Shown here: in pieces, positions 37,476-50,149 of the stretch
Layout: each line of letters opens with the position of its first letter
How positions within the stretch are numbered: the first letter of the stretch is position 1
Source: Cetorhinus maximus
Lineage: Eukaryota
Assembly (NCBI RefSeq): GCF_964194155.1
Contig: NC_135891.1
Coordinates: forward strand, 110,856,001 to 110,920,000
Length of the DNA: 64,000 nucleotides
Reading direction: 5' to 3'
Notes under the pieces: generated by a model
The model's database searches: none
Told to the model about the DNA's origin: nothing
Seen by the model: the letters and a program-made list of their open reading frames with translations, nothing else
Translations under genes and position numbers: made by a program

Positions 37476-40400
37476 AATGGATGGCAGGCTCAGAGGCAGC
37501 AAGTTGATTGATCACTAAAAAATTTTTTTTATCTATAAAAGGTCCATCACTGGAAAATGGAAACGTCCATTCAGAAATCTCAGCACAAGATTTATTTTGC
37601 TGTGGGTGTATTTCAGCTTCTGGTGCCAGTAATTAGGGTCAGAATGTGGACATCACTGCGAAGGCCAGCACTTGTTGCACATCCCTAATTGCTACAACTG
37701 AACGGTTTGCTAGGCCATTTCAGAGGGCAATTAAGAGTCAACCACATTGCTATGGGTCTGGAGTCACATGTAGACTAGACCAGGTCAGGGCAGATTTCCT
37801 ACCCTAAAGAACATTAGTGACTCAAATGGGTTTTTATAACAATTGATGATAACTTTGTGGTCACCAATGCTGAAACTAGCTTTCAATTCCAGATCTTTAT
37901 TAACTAATCACACTTATTAATTCCTTGAATTTAAATTACACCAGCTATCATGGTGGGAATCAGACCCGTATCCCCAAAGCATAATCCTTGGCCTCTGGAT
38001 TACTAGCCCAGTGACATTACTGTTACACTACCATCATCTATTTGCCATCTCAAGTCACCATCATAAGGGTCTGTGCATCAATGCCACATCATTTATATGG
38101 CAAGTAACTACAGAAACATATTCAGTTTTCTTTTTTTTTTAAGCAAGGCTGCTCACCCTTTCTTTTTATAACTAACCAGTAGGGTATATTTAATTGTCTC
38201 AGGTGGACTCTGGCTCTGATTAATGCTTCTTTTGTGTGTCTGCTGAGTTAGTTCATCTCACCTAAAACAACATCATAGTAGGCATCACCATTTGGAGAAA
38301 TACTAGAAGTGAAGAAAAAATTGTGGGAAAAGGGCAGAGGCATATGATTAATTGGGTAACCCTCCCAAAGAACCGGAAAAGGCACAATGGGCCAAACGGC
38401 CTCAATGGCACAGGCACCAAAGGCCAAACAGCCTTTGTGTGCTATACCATTCTATGTTTACAGCATCCTCCCCAGTGGCATTGCTTAAGGTTACAATTAC
38501 ATATCCCCAATTACTGGTACCAGAAGCTGAAATATACACACAGCAGAAAAAAATCTTTAACATTGCTGAAGAGAGGCATGTTATCAAAGCTTTTTGTCTT
38601 GCACTCATCAGGACAAACGCAAGAATGACATGTCAACCAATCATCACCCTTTTCTCCTGTGGTGTAAATTGTTGTGAGCGTTTGAAATTTGGCATCTTTG
38701 CATTTGTCCTGATGAGTGCAAGACAGAAAATTTTGACATTTCTCTTTTCAGCAATGATAAAAAATCTTATGCTGAGACTTCTGAATGGATGTTTCTGTCT
38801 ACCAATACAATGTCAATTAATGCAGCACAGGATCATATGAATAGCCTTTGGTATTGTATTCTGCATATGCAAAATATTTTTAAAATTACTTAATAAATAA
38901 ATGACTAAATAAAGCCATAAGCAAATTTACCTCACCTTGATTTCAACCTGGTTAAAGGTTTAACCATTGTACACACCAACCACGCTGCCGACCATCTCTG
39001 GGAGGATAACCGTATCCCAAGATGAGTCTTGACAACCTCTGGTTTCTCCATCGGAGGGGCTTCCTTTTTCGCCTTGTGCAGCTTTTTCAGGAGGGACTGC
39101 TGTTTGCGGCGAAGGCCTCTGTTCACACGCCTACACTAACAGGCACAGTACAACTGCATCAGCTGTTCACTGAAAACAAGGACAAAAACTCAGACTGTCG
39201 GAATTCCAGACTATACGCTCACTAAAACAGAACTGAGGTTTAGTGTAGTTTGCAATCGGATTAGGCACTTCTGGTTCCTTAACCATTTCAAAATTCACGC
39301 AAACCAGACTATATAACACCTTAGCATTAAATATATGCTGTGCTTCCAAGTGAGACACAGGTTCAGATGGTAGCATTAATTGGAGACAAAAAATTGTGGG
39401 TTCAAGCCTTGGTTCAGAATTTGAGAATGTGATCTTAACGTTTCAGTGCAGTACTGAGGGACTGCTTTGACAGAACAGTCATCTTTCAAGTGTTTGCTAT
39501 TTGCAGGACCTTGTGTGCAGTTTGTTGCAATTTCATCAAGCTTTCTTTCAATTATTCCCCCAATCTGAGGGGAAAATAAAGACACATATTGCAATATGAA
39601 GTCAAAAAAAGGGCGCACAACCCTGATTTTGCACACGCCATCTAGCTTTCCCTCTCCCTGGTGAAAAGGAAAACTGCACATATACGGACCTGGTGCATCA
39701 CTTCAATTCTGCCAAACATTTTTTTCTGGCCTTGAGCAGGCTGATCAGTTTTCAGTCTGCTGCCAAACCTTTCCCAGTGTCTATCCAGGAAAGTCTGCAA
39801 TTGGAAAAATGTGACCAACAGGATCTCTGAGCAATTGTACAAGCAGCTATTCTTTTTTAAAAAAATATAAAATGCTGTATAGCTTCAAAACTCGAAACTG
39901 AATTCACTACACTGCATATAACTTGGGCAGATACAGGCATGCTATAATCAACACATTACAGCTGGGAAAATAACATGCGTTGCACATTTCTCAAACATCT
40001 CACTATTTCACATGACTTCAAAAAAGTGCACAAGATTTCACAGGCAGCAATGAATATCAGCACATAAATTTCATTTTCCAACTGGCACCAACACTCCCAG
40101 CACCTACCAACCCCCTGCCCCTGCAAACCCAGATTCCATGATTACCAAATATCCATTCATCTGTTGACCTGTACAACTTAGCTTCTCTCTCTGCATATAC
40201 ACATTAGTAAGGTGTTCTTATTGTGTCCCCCATGGCTCAGTTGGCAGCACTTTGGCCTGACTCACATGGCTCCAGGTTTAAGTCCTACCCCAGCGCAAAA
40301 TTCAAGTTGACATTCTGAAAAGGTGCTGTCTTTCGGATGAGATTTTCAACTGAATTTCAGGTGGATGTAAAAAGTCCCACAGTGCAATCTCAAAGAGGGG

Positions 40401-40999
40401 CAGGGGAGTTTTCCCCAGTGTCCTGGCCAATATTTTTCTCTCAGTCAACATCACAAAAACTGATCATCTGGTCATTATCATACTGCTGATCCTGACAGCT
40501 TGCTATGCACAAATTTGTTGCCACTTTACGACAGAGGGTTAGACTGACGAAAGTAATTGATTGTGTAAAGTGCTTTGAGACAGTGGTTGTAAGAAGTTAA
40601 TTCAATGCAAGTCTCCTTTTCTGATAAAATTGTACCAATTTATTTTGGTAAAAGTCAGTGTTTCCCAAGATAGGACAAGGGGGGCAGCAATAACCAGATG
40701 TTGCGCACCCCTCAACCCCAAAGTTTCAAACCAGCAAAGTTGAAACTTGCCAAAAACATGTTCTATTGCATGGCCAGACAGCCTTCCTCCATGTATATAC
40801 CGGGCATAACTGAAATTACTTATTTAGCACAATGCAACTTACTAGGGCATGTTGAGGAGCTGATCCAGGTCAACACCTCTGTAGGTAAATTTCCTGAAAG
40901 TTCTTTTCTTCCTCTGTTCTACTTGGTCAGCCTATGTTCAAAAACAATATATAGGAAATTACAACATAGAACAACCGCTACTATGGAAACATAAGGAAC

Positions 41000-42377
41000 T
41001 CCGGCCCATCTCCCGCGCATCCGCCCTCACGCCTTCTCCTCCCTCCCAGAAACATGACAGGGTCCCCCTTGTCCTCACTTATCACCCCACCAGCCTCCGC
41101 ATTCAAAGGATCATCCTCCGCCATTTACACCAACTCCAGCATGATGCCACCACCAAACACATCTTCCCTTCAACCCCCCGGCAGCATTCCGTAGGGATCG
41201 TTCCCTCCGTGACACCCTGGTCCACTCCTCCATCACCCCCTACTCCTCAACCCCCTCCTACGGCACCTCCCCATGCAAATGCAGAATATGCAACACCTGC
41301 CCCTTCACTTCCTCTCTCTCACCGTCCAAGGGCCCAAACACTCCTTTCAAGTGAAGCAGCATTTCACTTGCACTTCCCTCAACTTAGTCTGCTGCAGTCG
41401 TTGCTCCCAATGCTGTTTTTTCTACATTGGAGAGACCAAACGCAGACTGGGTGACCGCTTTGCAGAACACCTTTGGTCTGTCCGCAAGCATTACCCAGAC
41501 CTCCCTGTCGCTTGCCATTTTAACACTCCACCCTGCTCTCTTGCCCACGTGTCTGTCCTTGGCTTGCTGCATTGTTCCAGTGAAGCCCAATGCAAACTGG
41601 AGGAACAGCACCTCATCTTCCGACCAGGCACTTTACAGCCTTCCGGACTGAATATTGGGTTCAACAATTTTAGATCTTGAACACCCTCCCCCATCCCCAC
41701 CCCCATTTCCGTTTCTTCCCCCCCCCTTTTTGTTTTTTCCAATAATTTATATAGATTTTTCTTTTCCCACCTATTTCCATTATTTTTAAATGTATTTCCA
41801 CCCATCGTTTATCTATACCTTTTATGACCTTTTAGTCTTATTTCACCCCACCCCCACTAGAGCTATCTGTACCTTCTCCAGAAACTCCAGACATCAGGGG
41901 CTGGATTCCAGCGCTAAACTCAACTGACAATTTCAAAGCCAGCTGGTTCTGACATCAGAGATAAAAATAGAGCTATCTTCTCCGCCGATGCTGCCAGACC
42001 TGCTGAGTTTTTCCAGGTATTTCTGTTTTTGTTTTGGATTTCCAGCATCCGCAGTTTTTTGTTTTTATAGCTATCTGTACCTTGCTCGTCCTGCTCTCCA
42101 CTCTTAATTAGCACATTCCTTTAGATAATACTACCACCTTTAACACTTCTTTGTTCTTTTGTCTGTGACATCTTTTGGTTATCTCCTCCTATCACTGGCT
42201 GCTTGTCCCAACAACCCCCCCCCCCCCCCCACCCTCCCCAAACCAGCTTATATTTCACCCCTTTCCTATTTTTACTTAGTTCTATTTAAGGGTCATGAGG
42301 ACTCGAAACGTCAACTGTGCTCTTCTCCGCCAATGCTGCCTGACCTGCTGAGTTTTTCCAGGTATTTCTGTTTTTGT
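41000..42377 (+). mobile_element. Penelope-like element in intron 1 of the RPS15 pseudogene, 8-bp TSD
   Basis: GIY-YIG fragment (YIGETKRRLGDRFAEH) and partially tandem terminal repeats. TAAGGAAC is duplicated at 40992-40999 and 42378-42385. The empty site is at 18421-18428. Confidence 0.9.
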
Positions 42378-43355
42378 TAAGGAACCCTCACTCTGGTCTC
42401 AGGCACATTAGAGAGAATGTGCTGTTGGTCAGTGGGGACAATCTACTTTTCCAGAGGGAAACAATGAATGGTGCGGTGTAAAGTACATCGAAAAACACCA
42501 TCAACTTTCACATTTTTCTCTGTTTAAAAATGTTTGATGCTTCCCCAACAACAGGTCCTGGTTTAAAAGGTCTCGCCATCAGTTCTCATTTCTCTCTCTC
42601 AACAGTTCGTTGATGTTGATAACTCGGTTGTATATTTTTTTTTAGATGTTACACAAGGTCCCAGAATCAGGACAGTGCAGCCTTGTCGATGTTGCCTTTG
42701 GGGAAACTCCAGGCATCAGGGGCTGGATTCCAGCGCTAAACTCAACTGACGATTTCAAAGCCGGCCGGTTCTGACATTAAAGTCACTGCGGCACCAACTC
42801 TTAACCTTTCCACCTCCCCAAGTATGAAGGCAACCGGGCCAATTTTTTAAAAAACTGTCCTTTCCCAAACTTAAGGAGTAACCGCCGCTGCCGCATATTA
42901 CACGTTCATTTGGGTCAGCCTGCGGCCCACAGAGACCTGCACCCGGTTCGATTAACATTAAACCGAATTTCTCCAGACAATAACCGGTGAATCTTATAGC
43001 TTAGACTCCGCTCTACAACATCTTTGCCGATACGGCAGCTCTGGCGTTAATCTGAGAGCGGATTAACAAGGATTGTGTTGGACTCTCTGAGCACCGCCAT
43101 CTGCAAACACCCACCATTTTCACCCGGTCTCGCTGGAAAGGACAAACCTCGTTTCCGCTGCGGCAAATATCGCGGGATTTGGGCCTGGATTGGGAGGGGA
43201 GGAGCCATTGGCCCACCGCGCGTGCGCACACCCACCTGACTCTCTGATCCAGCGCAGAGGCTTGGACTTGTTCTGGTTGAAGAGCCCCTTTTTTCAAATG
43301 GATCAGTAATCATTAGGGGGAAGAGTGTCCTGCAGTCAGATCTTATTGAAAATAA

Positions 43356-43710
43356 CAGGTCTGGCCGATGGGGAAAGGTCACTGTCTAAGACCTTTCTGC
43401 CATAGCACAGGAGCGCAGTCTCAATCAATGTGTGGGAATCAGATAGCTTCCCTATTAAACCTGGAGTCAGGCAGGGCTGCCCTCTCTCCCCTGTCCTGTT
43501 TGTGTGTTGCATAGAACCTTTTGCTGTGTCCATCAGGAAGGATCCGGTCATCAGGTGTGAGGCACTCTCACTGTTGCTGTATGTGGTGCAGGTCTGGCCC
43601 ATTCCACACTCCTGCGCTGTGGCGATCACTCGAGCCATCTTTCGCTTTATCTGGAGGTCGAAAATGGATCGTGTCCGCAGGGACGCGATGTACAAGCCTT
43701 TAGATAAAGG
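43356..43710 (+). mobile_element. Scrambled Tx1-like (L1 clade) LINE fragments
   Basis: Non-collinear pieces matching the Tx1-like copy at 48076-50147: the ORF2 end (ATGGGGAAAGGTC..), RT GVRQGCPLSPVLF, then a jump to VIRCEALSLLLY..MYKPLDKG. Confidence 0.8.
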
Positions 43711-46704
43711 CTTTAGATAAAAGCAAACTTCAAAGCAACTCAGTTGGCGTACAAAACAGACAGGAGAAAGATAGCACGGCAAATCATGGGTGCACCATCC
43801 ACTCTACAATGTCCACTTAGCAAAGCTGAACTCGAAGAGAGCTTTACAGATAACATCTCAAAACCAAATAATAAAGCAAACCTCCAAAAGTTTGCATTAT
43901 ATAAGGGAAGGAGAGATTACGACTCTTTGAAAGAACCCATACAGAAGGAAGAGGTCGAGGAGGCAATTAAAGACATTGATAAGAACACGGCAGCGGGACT
44001 TGATGGGATGAAGTTGGAAGATATCACGGACATCCAGGCAGAGTATGAAGACAGGCTCCCAAATCTCTTCTCCCTCTGACTCAAGTCAAGTTCTATCCCA
44101 AGGGTCTTGAAAAAGAGTTGCACGGTTCTCATTCCTAAGACAGACGACAGCGAGAAACTGAGAAGCATAGACAACTGGCAACCAATAACGATCGGCCCGA
44201 TTTTATTACGGCTCTTCACTAAGATCATCGCCAAACGCTTAAGTGAAGCAGTCCAAATCAACCCCAGACAGAAAGGTTTCTGGTGGCGACTCCTGTAATG
44301 AGAACATCACAGTTCTGAGTAACATCATGAAAGGGGCCAAACGCAAGAGGAAAGAGCTGGCCATTGTCTTTGTGGATCTGGCTAAGGCATTCGATTCCGT
44401 AGGGCATAAAATGCTCATCAAAGCACTTCAAAGAGTGGGGCTGCCAAGAAGATTCATAACAATGATCACAGATCTGTATTCGGAAACTAGCACATGTATG
44501 GAATGTAAAGACGGTCAAACGGAACCTATCAATATCACGAGAGGGGTCAAGCAAGGTGACCCATTATCACCAATCCTGTTCAACAATGCGATGGACCCTC
44601 TGATCTGTTCCCTACAGGAGGCACAGTTGGGCGTCCACTTGCCCTTCCGGGGAATGCAGATTAGTTGCTCAGCTCTGGCATTCGCTGATGACATTGCTTT
44701 ACTCAGTGACTCCCATGCCGGCATGACCAAGAGCTTAGCCATCGTACAGGACTTCTGCCAGAATATGGGGTTGGAGATGAATGCCGGGAAGACCAAGGGC
44801 TTCCACTTCATCCACAAGAGGAAGACGTTTCTGTACCAACAGTATGGTGAACTGGCAGTTGAGAGGAGGTCCAATCTCTTACGTAACACCAGGAGAGACA
44901 GAGAAATATCTGGGAGCCAGAATCGACCCCTGGGCAGGGGTGACTGAGGAGCAATGGGGATCCAAAATCGATGGATGGATAGCGAATTTGAAGAGGGCAG
45001 CACTTCGAACTATCCAAAGGATCGAAATCCTTAAAACCCACAAGATTCCGTGAACCTACTTTCATTTAATCCTCGCAGAGGTATCGCAAAACACGTTGGT
45101 AAAACTTGATCAATCCATTAAAAACGCAACTTAAGAAACCCTCCACCTTCCACCGCACATAATGGATGGAGTATTCTACAGCAGCAACCACAATGGTGGT
45201 CTAGCCATGCCGTGACTTGAAGTCCAAATTCCTTCGGCCATTATTCGGAAATTAGAGGCATTGGAGAGCTCACCAGATGGGGTGATACAGGCCTCGTTTG
45301 AATTCAGTGGCATCAAGAACAAAGAGACAATCGACTCCCTGAGGAATCTTAAAGTGCTCAGGGAAATTGAAAAATCCCTCAAGGAGAAGGGTGGTCCAAG
45401 AGGGACGCATGAAGGAAATGGCACTGATGAAGTCATCAATTTGGGGTGGATGGATATTACCCAAACGTCCAGACCGAAACCTGTTAACAGATACGCGGCT
45501 TGGAGGGACGTTGAATATTTAAAGTGGACCGCACTCCAATGCCAAGGAACGGGCATCAAATACTACGGCAATGACTATGCTTCAAATTCCTGGCTCAGAA
45601 CTTGTTTTAACCTCAAACAATCCAGACTCATGAACAGTATTTTATTATAGTGTAATCTCTATCCAACGAGATCCACCTAAACAGGGGAAGACACCACACA
45701 AACAAGCCTTGCAGATGATATGAGGCCCCTTTCGAATCACTGGCTCACATCTCCGGTATCTGGTCGTTCATTAAAAACGCCCGGATCAAAAGACATAATA
45801 AAATCCTGGACCACTTGCAACAGTTTATCTCCAAGTACAGCTGGACATCTCGCTTGGAACCGAGACTCTTCAGAAAGGACAGGACCCTCTGGAAGCCAGA
45901 CCTGGTACTCGTCAAGGATGGAGTAGTAGCGTTTGATGATGTCACAGTGCAGTTTGAGGACAATAACAAATTGTTGGAGAAAGCTTGGGCAGAGAAAGAG
46001 CGAAAGTATCAACACCTGAAGGACGAAATAAGAGAGCTGACTGGGGGTACGTCCATAAATTTCTTCGGATCTGTCATGGGAACAAGAGGAATGTGGCTCG
46101 ACTTGAACAACAGCCTCGTGCAATTCCTGAAGATCCAAAAATACAAGTCCTTCGCCCAACCTATCTCGAGACTGACGATCTCTCTGACCTTGGAACTTTT
46201 GCAAATATTTGGAGACCAGTAATCAGAGAATCGTTCAGCAGAGCTCACCTGGTTCGGTATCGCAAGACCCAAGATGAAGGATTGGAAGGTGCTACGAGAA
46301 GGGTATTGTATATCCCCAGATTGAGAAGTCCAACTCCTGATCCCCGGTGGGCAGGTAAGGTGGATAATTTGTTTATATATGTTTGGTGATCATGTTTAGT
46401 CTAGCATAACGATTTTGGCAATTACCTTGATCATTATTTTGGGTGGTGGGTGCATGATATTAATTATAAATGCATTAACTGCAACGGCATTTCCTTTGTT
46501 AATGTAAGTAATTAATAAAGAGGGCATCACAATCAGATGATGTAATTCAGGGTACGTCTGCGGGCCGCTAACTATGTGATTGGCTACCTAGTATCATCAG
46601 TACCTATGTGACGAACATTCACGCTTGGTTGACATCGAGGATCATGGTCAGTTATTCCTGAGTCCAATCAGGATTGGGTGCTGCATTAATTGTGCGTATT
46701 AAAT
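43711..46704 (+). mobile_element. R2 non-LTR retrotransposon, 5'-truncated and decayed (RT, restriction-like endonuclease, ~480-nt 3' UTR)
   Basis: RT motifs NWQPITIGPILLRLF, INPRQKGF, FVDLAKAFDSVGH, GVKQGDPLSPILFN, LAFADD, KYLG. Degenerate CCHC/RHN region, then KPDLVL..DDVTV..KERKY endonuclease; stop at 46220-46222. The 3' end abuts TAGCCAAATGCCTCGTCA, the canonical R2 28S target junction. Confidence 0.92.
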
Positions 46705-47038
46705 TAGCCAAATGCCTCGTCATTTGATTAGTGATGCTCATGAATGGATGAACGAGATTCCCACTGTCCCTACCTACTATCTAGTGAAACCACAGCCAAG
46801 GGAACGGGCTTGGCAGAATCAGCGGGGAAAGAAGATCCTGTTGAGCTTGACTCTAGTCTGGCACTGTGATGAGACATGAGAGGTGTAAAATAAGTGGGAG
46901 GCCTTGGCCGCTGGTGAAATGTCAGTACTCTTATTGTTTTTTCACTTACTCGGTGAGGCGGGGAGGCAAGCCCCAAGGGGCTCTCGCTTCTGGTCGGAAG
47001 CGCCCGGGCGGCCAGGCGTGACCCACTCTGGGGACAGT
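46705..47038 (+). rRNA. 28S rRNA gene fragment (pseudogene, ~334 bp) starting exactly at the R2 insertion site
   Basis: TAGCCAAATGCCTCGTCA..ATGAATGGATGAACGAGATTCCCACTGTCCCTACCTACTAT..GAAACCACAGCCAAGGGAACGGGCTTGG..CTGTTGAGCTTGACTCTAGT..GGGGACAGT is conserved LSU rRNA sequence, here with CpG-type substitutions. Confidence 0.95.
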
Positions 47039-47039
47039 A

Positions 47040-48018
47040 TAGCAGAGAAACACCCTTGACCAAGTCCATCAGGCAGTGGTCGGCACGTAATGTCTTAGAG
47101 GCCCTGCAGGAAAAGGAGATGGTGGATCCTGTCGGATGGTTCCCCGAGCAGACTGTCAAAGTCATTTGGTAGAATGCCTCATCGCCAGAACTTTCCAACA
47201 AGCACCAAGATGTAGCTTGGCTGGTGGTGAGAAAGACCCTCCCCGTCAGATCCTTCCAACACGCCAGGAGTCTCACCCCCTCTGCACGTTGTCCTCGAGG
47301 TGGCTGTGGTGGGGATGAGACCGTTGTTCACCTCCTTGCGGATTGTGCCTTTGCAAAGAAGGTCTGGAGAGAGATGCAGTGGTTTCTGTCGAGGTTCATC
47401 CCGGGCAGTTCTGTGACACAGGACTCTGTGCTCTACGGGCTGTTCCCAGGGACATACACCGAGACAAACGTCAACTGCAGCTGGAGAATCATCAACTCGG
47501 TGAAAGACGCTCTTGGTCTGCCCGAAACCTGTTGGTCTTCCAGTGCAAAGAGTTGCCCCCGACCGAGTGTTGCAGACTGGCACGTTCCAAGGTCCAGGAC
47601 TACGTGCTGAGGGACGCACTAAAGCTTGGGGCAGCCGCTGCAAAGGCGCAATGGGGAAAGGTCGCTGTCTAAGACCTTTCTGCCATAGTGCACTGAGGGG
47701 CTGGGGAAAGGTATAGACCCCTCGGGCTGTACAGCTCACAATGAATGTATGCATTGAATACTAATTGTATTATAATTGTATTGGAGCACCCCAGAGTGCA
47801 ACATGATGTATGATTGATAACTCCAATACCATTGCACTGCCTGACTGTCTGTAATGACCATATTGAAATGACTGTAATATTCATTGATTGTACTGAAGCA
47901 CCTCGTGATCCATGTGTAAAAGTTCAATCTGATTGCACTTTTTGTGATGGTGATTTAGAAATGTTTTGTAATGTTCTTTCAGATATTTTATGAATAAAGT
48001 ATATTTTTCAAAAAAAAA
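47040..48018 (+). mobile_element. Tx1-like LINE 3' end with poly(A) tail
   Basis: Zinc knuckle [19 protein letters not shown], 3' UTR, AATAAA and A-run at 48010-48018. Closely similar to 49180-50147. Confidence 0.85.
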
Positions 48019-50147
48019 ACAGGTCTGGCCCATTCCTCACTCCCGCGCTGTGGCGATCACCCGAGCCATCTGGAGTTGGTGATCCACCCTGACCAGATCT
48101 GCGCTGTGCCGGGCAGGAAGATCTCTGACAGCCTTGCGCTGCTCAGGGATACGATTGCCTGTGTGCAGGACAGGGTTGTGGACACCTGCCTCATCAGCCT
48201 GGATCAGGAGAAGGCCTTTGACAGAATATCACACACCTACATGGTGGACGTGCTCTCCAAAATGGGGTTTGGGGAGGGAATTCGCAACTGGATCCAACTG
48301 CTCTACACTAACATCAGTAGTGCAGTCTCAATCAATGGGTGGGAATCAAAAATCTTTCCAATTAAATCTGGAGTCAGGGCTGCCCTCTCTCCCCTGTCCT
48401 GTTTGTGTGTTGCATAGAACCCTTTGCTGAGTCCACCCGGAAGGATCTGGGCATAAGAGGAGTGACGATCCCAGGCAGTGGAAGCACTCAGGTCAAAGTC
48501 TCCCTGTACAAGGACGATGTCGCCGTCTTCTGCTCGGATCCGCTGTTGGTGCGCAGACTGATCCACATCTGCGACCAGTTCGAACTGGCCTCGGGAGCCA
48601 AGGCAAATCATGGCAAGAGCGAGGCCATGTTCTTTGGGAACTGGGCTGGCCGATCCTTTGTCCCCTTCACCGTTAGGTCAGATGGCCTGAAGGTGCTGGG
48701 GATATGGTTCGGAGGGACCGGGGCATACGTTAGAAATTGGAAGGAGCGAGTGTCTATGGTGGAAAGAAAACTGGGCCTGTGGGAACGACGCACTTTCTCC
48801 ATTGCGGGTAAGAACCTGGTCATCAGGTGTGAGGCACTCTCGCTGTTGCTGTACATGGCGCAGGTCTGGCCTATTCCCCATTCGTGCGCGATGGCGATCA
48901 CCTGAGGCGTCTTTCACTTTATCTGGAGGTCGAAAATGGATCGTGTCCACAGGGACGCGATGTACAAGCCTCTAGATAAAGGGAAAAAAAATGTGCCCAA
49001 CATCGCCCTCATCCTGATGGCCACCTTTGTGTGCGGCTGCAACAAGCTGTGCGTAGACCCTCGGTACGCAAACACCAAGTGTCACTACGTGCTGAGGTTC
49101 TACTTGTCCCCCGTGTTGTGAAGGATGGGTCTGGCCACACTGCCGTGCTGCACCACCTGTCCCTCGTGGAAAAATTTATGCAGAGAAACAGCTTTGACCA
49201 CAAGTTCGTCAGGCAGTGGTCGGCATGTAACATCCTAGAGGCTCTGTGCGAAGAGTTGGTGGATCCTGTGGGATGGTTCCCTGAGCAGACTGTCAAAATC
49301 ATTTGGCATAATGCCTCATTGCCAGAACTTTCCAACAAGCACCAAGATGTAGCTTGGCTGGTGGTGAGAAAGACCCTCCCCATCAGATCCTTCCTACACA
49401 CCAGGAGTCTCACCCCCTCGGCACATTGCCCTCGAGGTGGCTGTGGTGGGGAAGAGACCGTTGTTCACCTGCTTGTGGAATGTGCCTTTGCAAAGGTCTG
49501 GAGAAAGATGCAGTGGTTTTTGTTGAGGCTCATCTTGAGCAGTTCTGTGACACAGGACTCTGTGCTCTACGGGCTGTTCCCAGGGACACACACTGAGACA
49601 AACATCAACTGCAGCTGGAGGATCATCAACTCAGTGAAAGACACTTTGGTCTGCCCGAAACTTGTTGGTCTTCCAGTGCAAAGAGTTGCCCCCGACCGAG
49701 TGTTGCAGACTGGCACATTCCAAGGTCCAGGACTATGTGCTGAGGGACGCACTAAAGCTTTGGGCAGCCGCTGCAAAGGTGCAATGGGGAAAGGTCGCTG
49801 TCTAAGACCTTTCTGCCATAGTGCACCGAGGGGCTGGGGAAAGGTGTAGACCTCTCGGGCTGTACGACTCACAGTAAATGTATGTAGTGAACAGTAAATG
49901 TATTAAATTGTATTGAAGCACCTCAGAGTGCAACATGATGTATGTCGATAACTCCAACCCCATTGCACTGTCTGACTGTCTGTAATAATCATATTGAAAT
50001 GACTGTAATATTCATTGATTGTATTGAAGCATCTTCTGATCCATGTGGAAAAATTGAATATGATTGCACTTTTTGTGATGGCCATTTAGAAGTGTTTTGT
50101 AATGTTCTTTCAGATATTTTATGAATAAAGTATATTTTTCCAAAAAA
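48019..50147 (+). mobile_element. Tx1-like LINE, 5'-truncated, decayed ORF2
   Basis: [66 protein letters not shown], followed by AATAAA and an A tail. Confidence 0.88.
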
Positions 50148-50149
50148 CA

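Noticed and set aside
46705-47038. Functional rRNA gene or rDNA array
   Set aside because: Only ~334 bp, with substitutions at conserved positions and retroelement sequence on both sides.
46770-47276. 168-aa minus-strand ORF
   Set aside because: It is an antisense reading of the 28S fragment plus Tx1 sequence.
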